Part shown: positions 49,666-62,221 of the stretch, in pieces
How the letters are laid out: every line of letters begins with the position of its first letter
Numbering within the stretch: position 1 is the first letter of the stretch
Assembly: GCF_964194155.1 (NCBI RefSeq)
Contig: NC_135901.1
Coordinates: 6,200,001 to 6,264,000 of the forward strand
Direction: 5' to 3'
DNA: 64,000 bases
Origin: Cetorhinus maximus
Taxonomy: Eukaryota
Translations under genes and position numbers: made by a program
Notes under the pieces: generated by a model
The model's database searches: none
Told to the model about the DNA's origin: nothing
The model's input: only the letters and a program-made list of their open reading frames with translations

Positions 49666-52064
49666 TCAAAGTGTTAACCATTAGGACTTGACTCCACATG
49701 CTTTCTTATCTCAAATAAGTGGACAAAGAAAACATCTTAAGGCATCCGATTATCTCAGTAGAAAGCTACAAAATTTCATGAAATGACAGGAAAATCTATA
49801 ATGAGGGGCACAGTCCCACAAGTTATTGACACATTAGAGTGTGGAGAGTCAGGAGATTAAATGAAATGGCATCAGTAGATGACCCATCAGAAACTAATCA
49901 CGCACCACCTAAACCAATCGGACTGATCATGCATCGTCTGAACCAGAGTTCAGGAACACTACTGATCGTGCACAGGGGCTGTGTCTAGAAAGGGTTAATA
50001 AGCACCAGCTTTCAGGAGCATAGCTGCAGCTCCAGGAAGATGAGCAGGAAGAAGATAGATTACAGTCAACAGAACAAGAGACAACATGACAGTTGGCCAG
50101 AAGTCATGAGCGAGTGTTCCAAAGTGAACCGACTGTTTCCACTGCCTTTGGTAAGTTTAGCATTTTGTAATTATTATGATTAACTTAGTAAATTCTGTGA
50201 AGCTCGTGACAGCTCACTTGTAAGAAGCATGATCCTGTAGTGAGTCAGAACTGAAAGTCCTTTTATATCAGCTCTCCCAACTCAAGTCTAATAATTGTAA
50301 TTGACTTAAGTTTTACAATTAAGTTAAAGCAAACCCTAGATCTGACAGAAATTGACACAAAGTCCAGCTGTTATAGGGAGGACTTTGCAGGGTCATTGAG
50401 GGTGATCTGTCTGGTTTTATTAATTTCTGTAGAACTTTGATACAACTAAATGGCTCGGCCATTTCAGAGTCCGCTTCATTGCTGTGGTCCTGGAGTCACA
50501 TGTCGGCAGGCCAGGTAAGGACGGCCGATTTCCTTCCCTAAAGAGCATTCGGAACCACATGAGGCTTTATAAAAATCTGATAGTTTTATGATCATCATGA
50601 CCAGCCTTTTTAGATTTATTCCAAGTTTATGAATTAATTAAATTTATCCCCAGATACCCTCAGTGGGATTCAAACTCATGTCTCCAGACAATCATCCAGG
50701 TCTCTGGATCACTAGTCCAGTAGAATTAACACTCTACTGCCATTCCCTTGTGTATGTATTTAGCAAGAGCCTGCAGGCTGATGAGACTCTGTTAAATTGC
50801 TGGTGTGCTCCTGTACTGCTCTGTTTTAACAGGAGCCTGCAGGCTCATGAGACTCTGTTAAACTATCAGTGTGGTTCTGTATTCTGCCTGAAATGTAAAA
50901 TGACTGAACCTTTTGTTCCTGTTATGAAATGAGGGTGTATATTAATGAGTCTCACATCCTTGCCCATGTCTGCTGCAATTGTGTAGAAGGGGGATGTGTA
51001 GAAGAGCTGGTCTTTGTATGGAGATGTGAACCAAGGAAACGGTATTTGTGTGTGATAGTGACACAGCCTTGTGCTTACACTCAGAACAATGCACAGATAT
51101 CCTTGTTATATGCTGAGCAGAGTCAGATCATGAATGTAGTGAACAAGTTAAATTTAAATATCTCCTGAGTAGCCACAGTTTGTTAGATCACAGCTGAGAA
51201 GAAGAGAGTTCTGTATTATCACTGTTATAAAGAAAAAGTAATCATACTCTATTATTCCCAGGATGTTAATAAAGTCGGTAAAAAACAATCTGTTGTAGCT
51301 TAATTTTCTGGTGTCTGAAACCACAAATTTCAACATTTAGAGTCAACAAGATGAGCAATTAAACACATCAGGGCCCAATACTGCAGATCAATATTCCCAG
51401 GGGAAAGCCTGTATCCAACATCTCGAGTAGATGGAACAGAGAAAGATCCCAAATATATGAAATCCTGAATCATTTTGTAAATATCTTTCAAATGCCGATA
51501 GGATCCAGCTGTCAGTTTCCGATACATTGAAGTCAATGGAAAGTGAGAGAGAGGCTGGAGAGTCAGGTTGAAAGCAGAGTTGGGGCCACTTACACTGAGA
51601 CACCAAATCCAGGGACCATGAACACAGAGTATAAAATGGGAATCAGAGAGTCTCAGTCTGGGGAATGGTCCTGGTGGTGAAACCAGCTCTAGCGAGGGTG
51701 AAAGATGAGGAATAGATGAAGCGATGATGATGGAATCAGATGGTGACCAGCGGGGCTGCTGATTGGTTATTGTCAAAATCTCTTTTCAGGCAGGATGATG
51801 ATTGGCTGTAAGCAGCTCAACATCTGGATCCACCTGCTCTTGTCCTGCAGTCTAATGTCCCTGATGTTTGTTTCTGTGCGAAATGTCAAGATGTGAAAGG
51901 AGGGAGGAAATCGGGCTCGAGCCAGAAGCAAGGGTCCTCAAATGAACAATTCATGAAGCTGTTTTGTGATTCGTCTGTATGAGGTTCAAATACAAAAAAT
52001 GGAAAAGGATGTGTCAAGTGATACTGGTGTTATCAATTATGGTTTCTAACTCTCATCATTAACT

Positions 52065-52450
52065 CCCAAACCTAACATCCTATTGGCCAGCCCAAACCAT
52101 TAATCCCAATCCCAACCACTGACCCCAATCCCAATCGATAACCGCGAACGCACAAATACTGACCCCAACCCCAATCGATAACCATGAACGTACAAAAACT
52201 GACCCCAAACCCAACCAATAACCACTACCTGCAAACATTGATCCCAAACCCAATCAATAACCCCGAACACTAACCCCAATCTGAACCAATAACAGCTAAC
52301 CCCAAACACTGACACCACCCTAACCAATAACCACTGCTGCAAACACTGACCCCAATTCTAACCAATAACTGCTAACGACACCCAAACCCTAGCCCAATTC
52401 CTAACCCCAGCCCCAATCACTAAGACCAGCACCTAAGACCCAGCTTAACT
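52065..52450. repeat. Degenerate ~39-bp C/A-rich repeat with CCCTAA/CCCAAT motifs
   Basis: ACTGACCCCAATCCCAA.CAATAACC.C.AAC..CAAA units. Confidence 0.75.
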
Positions 52451-53249
52451 AAGGATCATTGACAGGTAGCTATGGAGGGGCTAAAGGGCTGACACAGGAA
52501 GAATTTGAAACAATTCGCTCAATTAAGGTAATAGTACGAGGTATGTTCGTAACAAGAGATTAAATCAATGAGACCATCAAAATCAGCAATGAAAATTACA
52601 AAGATCAGAACATTTCAAAAGTTCTCACACACAGTACACGTGGAGTAGTTTTACTAAATCAGGTTCCAAAAGGGTAAAATAACACAGAAAATAACAGATT
52701 TCAAATCTCATACAAGATTGTTCTCTACAGAGTTGTGCAAATGAAATCTAGATGTGTGTAAAGTGAAACATTACAGTTCAGCCTGTAACCCACAAGCAGC
52801 ATAATCAAACGGAACAAGCTTGGGGTTTCTTTTCTTCTGCTGTCGGGGAGTAGAAGCAAAAACCACCTTAAATGTCAATATCTGAGTCAGACACCCAGGC
52901 CAAAGCTTCTGGTGTAACAGTGTGGATATCTGATAAGCTGCCTGTGAATTTCCTCTGAGGACAATGTTTGACCATGTGCTGCAGGGTCTGTTTAGGAGCT
53001 CCACAGTCTCATGATAGGAACAGGAGAAGGCCACTCAGCCCATCCAGCCTGCTCCCGCCATTCAATATGATCATGGCTGATCGAACACTTCAATGCCTTT
53101 TACCCCACACTATCCCCATAACCTTTTATGTTATTGTTAATCAGAAATCTATCAATCTCTCATGATGGAGATGTTTTAATCTTCCAGCTATTGAGAAGGT
53201 GGCAGCATCCACCATGACCCGGTCTGAGGCTCTTCAGGCGTGGATGATC

Positions 53250-54350
53250 ACAGCCTTCTCAGGGCCCATCCTGTTACATGATCATAGATCACAACTAACA
53301 TCATCGCAAAGGACTCTGAACTTGTCATTGAATCAACCTCCGGTGAGAGCAGCAAATCAAATGAAACTGTCCTCTTCAGGACCAAAGAAAACCACACATT
53401 AGACCAGCTATCCCAATATGTCAGCTTAACATCTAAGGCATCTCTCACTCAAAATGCCAGTCTCTCCAAAGGTTACTCAGGAAACACAGCATTGATGCCC
53501 TGGTTCCTCAGGAAACACATATCGAACACATTCACCAGTTCAACACAAAGAGGACATATTAAAGGTTTTGACCTAATCGCTTGCAATGACCATCCCAATA
53601 CGGTCATAGGCATGAACATACTCGGCCCCGTGAGCCTGCTCCACCATTCAATAAGATCATGGTTCCACCTACCCCCAATAACATTTCACCCCCTGGTCAG
53701 GTGTGTTACATCAAATAAAGTATCGAGGGCTGCACCAAACTGAAGCAGACCAGTGTTTCTGGACTTTTCACTACGGCAATAAGTGTAGGAGAGTTAACAA
53801 TCTACAGATGACTATAAACCAACAATCGTACCTGACCCACTGCTTCCTCCTCATCAACATCCATCCATCCATCTCAGAATCTTCAATATCTACCACACAA
53901 TGTGGGGTTATGTAGATGTCAACTATAATGGAGAAGCAATTGTACAGTGAGCTTTACTAGAAAATAACTTCCTCCTTTTTGTTGTCAGGGTTCAAGGTAC
54001 ATTCCATTAATCAAGGTGGCAGAGAGAATATAACTTGGATCTATGCTTCTTCTCCAACTAAAGCAAAGGAAACCCAATCACCACCTCCAGAACCATTCCT
54101 GACAAATTCCTAACAGTCAGCACAGGTTTTCCCATCATCCCATCATTGGCAATGAAAATCCTGTCATCACATCAACAGCAGAAACACGATGGAATTTCAA
54201 AAAAGAAAACCGGGAAATCTTCCAAAAGGCAATTGACACCAACATCAGGTGGATTTCACCAATGTGTTCAACAGATTTATGGGATTGATGAAAGTTCGGA
54301 GCTAAATATGGAGAAGATGGACTCGATGAGAACAGAAATAACCTTGAGTT
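53250..54350 (+). mobile_element. Non-LTR element 5' remnant with AP-endonuclease (Ingi/Vingi- or RTEX-like)
   Basis: IPICQLNI*GISHSKCQSLQRLLRKHSID..QETHI resembles APE motifs I and II. Confidence 0.5.
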
Positions 54351-54616
54351 AGAAAAGGCCCCAAATAATGGCCCAGTCAGGAACAGAAGATCAATCAGTC
54401 TCCTCTTATCATTGGGGAAATCAAATCTTCAAAACACCGTGTGTCTGAAGCAAAGCTGATTGAGTCAATATTTACACAGAACATCAATGTGCAACCCAGC
54501 TATCAAGCTTATTAATGTCAGCAGCAACAAACTCTGACTGTCAGAATGAACATGGTTCAGTCCTGGATGTGATTAACTACAGCAATAACAACAGAATCCA
54601 AATCCAACCCCTGCAG

Positions 54617-55483
54617 TCACTTGTGAACTCGCTGGTGCCTCAGCAGTGTGGATGAACGACTGAATCTCTTTCCACACACGTGGCAGGTGAATGGCCTCTC
54701 GCCACTGTGGACTTGCTGGTGGGTCAGCAGGGTGGACGATTGAGTGAATCCCTTCCCACACACTGAGCAGATGAATGGCCTCTCCCCAGTGTGACTCCAC
54801 TGGTGATTAAGTAGGTTGGACATCCAAATGAAACCTTTCCCACAGAAAGAGCAGATGAATGGTCTCTCCCTGGTGTGTGTGTGTTGGTGCATCAGCAGAT
54901 CAGCAAGGTTTTTAAAGCTCTTCTCACAGTCTGGACATTTAAATGGTATCTTAGTGTGAACAAGTTGGTGTGTCAGGAGGTCGAATGAACGGGTGAATCC
55001 CTTCCTGCACACAGAGCAGGTGAATGGCCGCTCCCCGGTGTGAGTGCGTTTATGGTTCAATAGATCATTCTTCCTTTTATATTTTTTGTCACAGTCAGAA
55101 CATTGAAAAGGTCTTGCCTCACTATGAATACGATGATGTGACAGGAGGTGGGATGAGTTAGTGAAGCCTTTCCCACACACGGAGCAGGTGAACAGTCTCT
55201 CCCCTGTGTGAATTCGCTGGTGTCTCAGAAGGTGGGATGATTTAGTGAATCCCTTCCCACACATGGAACAAGTGAATGGTCTCTCCCCAGTGTGACTGCG
55301 GCGATGAATATGCAGCTCAGACGGGTAATTGAATCCCTTCCCACAGTCCCCACATTTCCACGGTTTCTCCCCAGCTGGACAACACTTGTGGTTTGACAGG
55401 TTATATGATCGTCTGAAGCCTCGTCCACACAGAGAACACATGAATGGCTTCTTCCAGTTATGAACAGTACTTTCTGATTCCAT
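54617..55483 (-). CDS. ZNF-C: KRAB-less C2H2 zinc-finger protein, 288 aa (9 canonical fingers plus 1 C2HC-like)
   Basis: ATG at 55483 (MESESTVH..) opens an uninterrupted ORF to TGA 54617; acceptor TTTTACAG|GATATT at 55590. Confidence 0.85.
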   Translation of the reverse strand: MESESTVHNWKKPFMCSLCGRGFRRSYNLSNHKCCPAGEKPWKCGDCGKGFNYPSELHIHRRSHTGERPFTCSMCGKGFTKSSHLLRHQRIHTGERLFTCSVCGKGFTNSSHLLSHHRIHSEARPFQCSDCDKKYKRKNDLLNHKRTHTGERPFTCSVCRKGFTRSFDLLTHQLVHTKIPFKCPDCEKSFKNLADLLMHQHTHTRERPFICSFCGKGFIWMSNLLNHQWSHTGERPFICSVCGKGFTQSSTLLTHQQVHSGERPFTCHVCGKRFSRSSTLLRHQRVHK

Positions 55484-56059
55484 GTTCAAAAGCTGATCTT
55501 GTTCGTGTCCCAATGAATTGAGTGACTGTCAGATTCTGATGCGATGATTGATTTGAGGTTCCCATCCACAAATCATCTCCTTCGAATATCCTGTAAAATT
55601 AATTCAAATGGGAGAAAGAGAAGTGATAAACACAGTAGCAGGTTGTGAAATTGAGCTGAATGAGTCTGGTAACTTGTGGGGAGGGCACTAGGAAAAAGTG
55701 ACCATGAAAGCTGCCATTGTCATTAAAAGCCCAACTGATCCTTCAGTGAAGGGAATCTGGCCTGGACCTACACAAGAATCCAGCCTCGATGGGAGGAGAA
55801 AGACTGAGGTGGGAGAGGGAGGGAGTGAATGAGAACCTTCACCAGCCCAAAGGACAGTGGAACAGTATCAACCGCAAATTCCCCTTCCAATCGCAAACCA
55901 AGCTGACTCACACTTACAGTGCCATTACCTCATTGTTGCTGGGTGAAAATCTTGTAACTCCTTAACTCAGCACTGTGACAGTACCTTCACCACACAGACT
56001 GCAGCAATTGATCAAGCATCACCTTCTCAAGGGGAAACTGCTGATTGTCAATATTTTTT

Positions 56060-56390
56060 TGAATTCATTCACAGACGTGGGTGTCGTTGGTTAAGCCAGC
56101 ATTTAATGCCCATCCCCAACTTCCCTTGAGATGGTAGAGGTGAGTCACCTTCTGGAAAGGCTGAAGTGCATGTGTTATAGGTACACCCAGTGTTGTTAGG
56201 AAGGGAGTTCCACGATTTTGATCCAGCAACAGTGAAGGAATGGGAATATAGTTCCAAATCAGGATGGTATGTAGCTTAGAGGGGAACTTGCAGGTGGTGA
56301 TATTCCCATGCATCTGCTGCCGTTGTCCTTCTCGGTGGTAGAGTTCGTGGGTTTGGAAGGTGCTTTTTGAAGGAGGCTGAGAGAGTTGCT
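56060..56390 (-). mobile_element. Second LINE family, 3' fragment
   Basis: SFTVAGSKSWNSLPN plus family tail. Confidence 0.75.
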
Positions 56391-56656
56391 GGTCATGCTC
56401 GTGATGCCCATGTCCCAATAATTAATTGTAAAAGTTTCTGTATTTGAAATATAAAGCGTCGACATAAATACTGTCTCCGACTTGAAATACGGCTTTTAAT
56501 TGGTCCGTCTGTGTTTCTATACTCGGATTTATCAGCAACGCGTACAATTAAACAAAAGCAAAACATGCACATGCAGGATGTCTGAAATTTTTACAAAAGT
56601 GTTTGCTAAGTCAGCATCTGTGGAGAAGGAAACAGAGTTTGCAACAAAACACTCAC

Positions 56657-57105
56657 CGATAGGCACTGACTCATGGTGGCTGATTCCCACAATCCCCCGC
56701 GCCCCAGAAACCGCTCTATCCAGCTCGCTCCTTTCCCCAGGTGCTGAGTGCGCATGCGCCCAGGGCCAGCCGCGGGGCATTCTGGGTGGCTCCCTTGTTG
56801 TGAGTCGCACTCGATGGAAACGGGAGAAGAAACAGAGAAGCGGCGGCGAGGATGGGGGAGGCGCTGCAGCATCGCTTTAATGGGCAGCCCCTCGCCCCCG
56901 ACCCCCAGCCTCCCAGCCCGGGGAAATTACCGCACGGCCGCCGGGCCCGGCCGCTCTTTCTCGATCTCTGAGAGCCGCATTCGCTGTTCCTGAGGCTGCC
57001 ACATCGCGCATGCTCTGTGCATGCAGGCGGACACAGGGGGCGGGGCCTTTCCGCACCTGCGCGTTACGGCCCTTCTGATGGGGATGGGACATGTTCACGC
57101 GCGCG
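56657..57105 (-). promoter_or_regulatory. CpG-island first exon/promoter of ZNF-C
   Basis: Paralog of 42595-42890; donor ATCG|GTGAGT at 56657; NRF1-like GCGCATGCGC; GGGGCGGGG GC box. Confidence 0.65.
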
Positions 57106-57123
57106 GAACATTATGGACAGGCT

Positions 57124-58219
57124 AAAAGCAAAAAACTGCGGATGCTGGAAATCCAAAATAAAAATAAAAATACCTGGAAAAACTCAGCAGGTCTGGCAGC
57201 ATCTGCGGAGAGGAACAGTTAACGTTTCGAGTCCGTATGACTCTTCAACAAAACAAAGTAAAAATAGAAAAGAAGTTAAAAAAAAGCTGGTTTAAGGGGG
57301 GGAAACAGGTAGAGCTGGATAGAGGGCCAGTGATAGGTGGAGATAGCCAAAAGATGCCACAGACAAAAGGACAAAGAGGTGTTGAAGATGGTGATATTAT
57401 CTAAGGAATGTGCTAATTAAGGGTAGAAAGCAGGATAAGCAAGGTACAGATAGCCCTAGTGGGGGTGGGGGAAGGGATCGAAATAGGCTAAAAGGTAGAG
57501 ATAAAACAATGGATGGAAATACTTTTAAAAATAATGGAAATAGGTGGGAAAAGAAAAATCTATATAAATTATTGGAAAAAAAGGGGGGTGGGAAAGAAGG
57601 AGATGATTTGTGGATGGGAACCTCAAATCAAACATCGCATCAGAATCTGACAGTCATTCATCTTCCGACTAGGCACTTTACAGCCTTCCGGACTCAATAT
57701 TGAGTTCAACAATTTTAGATCATAAACTCTCTCCTCCATCCTCACCCCCTTTCCGATCCACCCCCCGCCCCCCCCTTTTTTCTGATAATTTATATACATT
57801 TTTCTTTCCCCACCTATTTCCATTATTTTTAAATGTATTTCCATCCATTGTTTTATCGTTACTTTTTAGCCTATTTCGATCCCTTCCCATCACCCCACCC
57901 CACCTCACCCCCACTAGGGCTATCTGTACCTTGCTTGTCCTGCTTTCTACCCTTAATTAACACATTCCTTAGATAATATCACCATCTTCAACACCTCTTT
58001 GTCCTTTTGTCCATGACATCTGTTGGCTATCTCCACCTATCACTGGCCCTCTATCCAGCTCTACCTGTCCCACCCACCCCCTTAAACCAGCTTCTATTTC
58101 ACCTCTTTTCTATTTTTACTTAGTTCTTTTGAAGAGTCATACAGACTCAAAACGTTAACTGTGTTCCTCTCCGCAGATGTTGCCAGACCTGCTGAGTTTT
58201 TCCAGGTATTTTTATTTTT
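57124..58219. mobile_element. Penelope-like element in inverted (fold-back) configuration with TSD
   Basis: The left arm (57124-57590) is the reverse complement of most of the right arm (57661-58219). ATTATGGACAG is duplicated at 57110-57120 and 58220-58230. Confidence 0.85.
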
Positions 58220-59249
58220 ATTATGGACAGACTGACTCGCCATTCATATCTGTTCGCAGGGAGAGGAAAGTCAGGGGTTACAGTCATAGAAAAGTAGAAT
58301 GTAAAACAATGAACATTATCCACTTCCCGGAGAAGTGAATATGTCGGAGAAAATGATTATGTTAATTGCAAAGAATTACTTTTCTTTGATTTTAAATAGT
58401 TCAGTTTATACATTGAATCATGTTTAACTGTATTTCCGAACTCAGATGCATGGACTCATTTTTTATGTTCCTCTGAGCCCCTGAACTCCATCTGGCTGCA
58501 TAATGTTAGTCAGTGGTGATTGATTGTCCTGGGAACTCCTGGAGATGGCTGAAGCTCCAAACAAGGGAGATGTTCCAACATCTTCCACAAGAATGAGAAT
58601 GGATACAGAACTGGTTACCATCAGCAGCACAGGGCAATCAAGGCAACTCTGAGGTTCGACAAAATCCAATCCATGTAAGACAGAAAGGTACTAACCTAGT
58701 CCTATTCCTTACATGGTTCAGGTCCTCAATGAAGGATTTAAATGATGAAATCCATGTGTATTTCAGTGCCGGTATTATACAAGTGATGTATTGATTTGTA
58801 ATTTTAATATAATTTTAATTCCATATTCCTTCTTTTAATATCCATTACCACTTCCCTGTAATCTGAATTTGCTTGTCTATTCTTCTTACTACATGATTCT
58901 TACATGTTTCTATATTTTTAACTTGATTATTTTGTCTATATATGAATTTTCTGATGTAAGTCACACTTTAATTCAGCCTCTGGCTGCGAACGTGTTTCTT
59001 GAATAAAATACCATTATTATAGCTCACAGTATGGGATCACAAACTCAGAATTACCAATTGGCACTGGACAGGAGGGTAAATAGTGACTAGGATTGAAACC
59101 CACCATCACACAGCAGCTTCATGAGAGAAAGGGAGAAAAATCTGAGCATTGCATCCCTGTTGATGTTTATAGGCTGTATTCTACCACATGGAGCATTCTG
59201 GGTAGCATCATCCACCATTATCTTCAGATGCTGCCAAAAGAAGGTGGTC

Positions 59250-59760
59250 AGTTCATCGTATTTGTACCTGCTCATTAGTGTAGCGATTGAATTAGTCCCA
59301 CTCCCCTGTTCTTTACTCATAGACTTGGATATTTCTTCCCTTCAACTTTTCACCCAATTCTCCCAAGAATGTTGCTATTGAATCTATTTCCAGCACCCTT
59401 GCAGGCAGTGCATTCCAGATCACAACAACTCACTGCTTAAAAAAATGTTCTTTTGGTAATCGCCTTAAATCTAAGTCCTCTGGTTACTGAACCTTCTGGA
59501 GAGCCTTCCTCCTTCTTTCCTTCTGTCAAAACCGCTCATCATTTTGAACTCCTCTATCACATCTCATAGCCCTTTTGTTCTGAGGAAAGCAATCCCAGTT
59601 TCTCCAGTCTTTCCATGTAACTGAAGCCTCTTATCCTTGGTACAATTCTAGCAAATCTCTTCTGCATCCTCTCTATGGCTTTGACATCCTGTTTCAAATG
59701 TGATACCCAGAGCTGAAGACAGCATTCCTGCTCAGGTCTAACCAGTGCTTTAGAAAATCA
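59250..59760 (-). mobile_element. CR1 fragment
   Basis: Reverse CR1 3' ORF2 sequence (GCAGTGCATTCCAGATCACAACAACTC..). Confidence 0.65.
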
Positions 59761-59959
59761 AGCGTTAACTCATTTAACATAAACACACTCAAAATAAATT
59801 GTTCAAGTTATGCACTAAAATACCACATGGAGTTCACATCAGGTTGCTAACTGCTACTACAATTGTATATCAGGCATTTGATCTCCAGGTAAAGAAGGGT
59901 ATGATAACATCGTGGTTGTCCATTGGTGATCCCTTATGTCGGGGATGATTCTTTCTTTT

Positions 59960-60355
59960 GGATGACTGGGTGGCAGTGAGATGTCAGTGGGTTCACAGGT
60001 GAATAATGAGCCCTATCTTAGCCTTGCAAGCTCTTCCTACAGTGAGGATTATGGGGGTTCTCAGCCAGTAGAGTTGGTGGTGGATTGTTGGCTTGAGCAA
60101 CTGCCCTCTCTGGTCATCTCTTGTTGGCTGTTCTTGTTGATTGGAAAGTCTTGATGCCATGTTTGAGGATGAATCACCACTTTAGGTCGTGATTGGGCAT
60201 CTGCTTCCCAAGTGTTTATGTTCATAGAGCACACCATCATGGAGGCTTTGAGATTGTCTTTGAAACATTTCCTTTGGCTCCAAGTGAAGGAGCGCCTTGG
60301 TGTAGCTCTGAGCACAGCACCTATTTGTTCAATCTGAATTTGGGCATTCTAATTA
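59960..60355 (-). mobile_element. RTE-type LINE 3' remnant
   Basis: QRKCFKDNLKASMMVCSMNINTWEADAQSRPK resembles the RTE C-terminus (QKKRFKDTLKASL..WE..A.DR). Confidence 0.55.
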
Positions 60356-60810
60356 CATAGTGGTTACATTACTGGATTAGTAATCTAGAGACTGGAATAA
60401 TAATCTGGAGATGTGAGTTCAAATCCCACCACAGCAGTTAGAGATTTTAAATTCAGTTAATTAAATAAATCTGGAATAAACATGTACAATAAAAGCTGGT
60501 ATCAGTGATCATAAAACTATAGGATTGTCCAACTGGGCGTCCATTGGACATCCTTTAGGACAAGAAACCTGCCATCCCAACCTCATGGGTCTGCGGGTGA
60601 CTCCAGCCCAACAGCAATGTGCTTGACCCTTGAAATGGTCTAAAAGCCACATGGTTGAATCAAAACTGCTCAGAGAAACTAAAATCCTCATGGACTGCAG
60701 TAGTTCTAGAAGATGGATCACCAAGGGCAGTGATCTCAAGGGCAGTAAGGGATGGCAATAAATGCTTGCCTAGCCAGTGACACCTGCATACAGTGATGAA
60801 TGAAAAATAA
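60355..60810 (+). mobile_element. tRNA-derived SINE
   Basis: TAGTGGTTA A-box, GAGTTCAAATCCC B-box, LINE-type tail GGCAATAAATGC. Confidence 0.7.
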
Positions 60811-61182
60811 TTCCCTGTGTTACTGATATGTGGCAGCATAACTGAAAATACATGACCAAGAGTGTCCACGTGAATGAGCCCTATTTTAGTCTTGCAGGCT
60901 CTTCCTTCCGATCTCCTGAGATCACGTTTGACTGGTGGGGGTGGTGGGGGGGGGGGGGAGGGGTGTTGGATTCTTCTGCCATTGCTGTGGTATTGGAAAA
61001 CTTCTGAGGGATTCCCGATTCTCCATCAATTACTATTCCCCTTCTTTCTGACGGATAATGGAGGGTCTGAGCTCTTGGGTTTCTATATAATTTGGTTCTT
61101 AAATTTATCTGTTGCCCGACTCGCGCCCCAATCTCCACATCATAGTAAAAGACAATCAGTGTTCACTAATTAGGACTTTCGA

Positions 61183-61565
61183 TGGCGAGATCCTTACCCA
61201 GCATTCCGCGCGGTGGTGAATGTCCCCTATCTACACCACACGAGAGCCGTGCGCAGGCGCAGTGCCGATCACTGTTTGGAGCATGCGTGATGTGATAGCG
61301 ATGGGCAGAGACGCTCCTTCTCCGCATCTGCAGCCGGTAATGATCCAGAAATCCAGAGGGAGCGATGAAGCTGGCCGGTGAACGGGGATGGTTTCTAAAT
61401 GCTTGATAAAGGTCTCAAAACTCGAAGAAAAACCTGGGGAACCCACGTTTGCAGCTCCGGCGCTTTTCTCCTGAGAACAGGCCCACTTTCACAGCCGCCA
61501 TCTTGGTCCAGCGGGGAGCAGACCGCATGCGCAATCTTCCCGTGACGTAACGGTAGGCGGGGCCA
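61183..61565 (+). promoter_or_regulatory. CpG-island promoter/first exon of ZNF-D
   Basis: Paralog of 43828-44210. TGCGCAGGCGCA, CCGCCATCTT (YY1), CGCATGCGCA, TGACGTAA (CRE-like); candidate donor CCG|GTAATG at 61336. Confidence 0.65.
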
Positions 61566-62221
61566 GGAGAGAAAATGATGGGTTCATTGATTTTATTGTC
61601 ACTCTGTGGATAGGAGCTGGAGAACTGAACCCAGGCAGGGGACAGGGAGAAAGGGAACTGGGAGTGGAGGAAATAAACTGTGGAGATGGTGAGATGGGTT
61701 TGGATTTCAGCCCAGGGAGGAGGGAGACTGTGTGGGACGGGAATTTACAGCTTTAGGGGAACAAGAGAAGAAAAAAATGTTCCGTAGAAACAAGAATTGT
61801 CTGTTCCGATTTCTATCTTGGACTTAAAGTAATTATTTTTGTAAACTCATTTTGCAGGATATTAGAACGGGAGGATTTGCAGATGGAAAGTTCCAACCAA
61901 ATATCACATCAAGATCTGATAGAGTCACTCGGTTCACCAGGACCTGAATATCATCAGCCTTTCGAATGTAGAAGGAGTAATGTTTTACTGTTCTGTTTGA
62001 GGGAAAAAAATAAACATCAGTGTGACAGGAAAATCACCGAGACACACACACACTTGAGTGAGAGTGTTCCAGTGCACTGACTGTGAAAAGAGCTTTAACC
62101 AGTTATACAGCCAGAAAAAAACATCACACCATTCACAGTGGAAAGAAACCGTACACTTGTTCAGTGTGGGGCAAGGCTTCAATCGATCATTCAAACTAGA
62201 GAGACACAAGGTAACCAAAGC

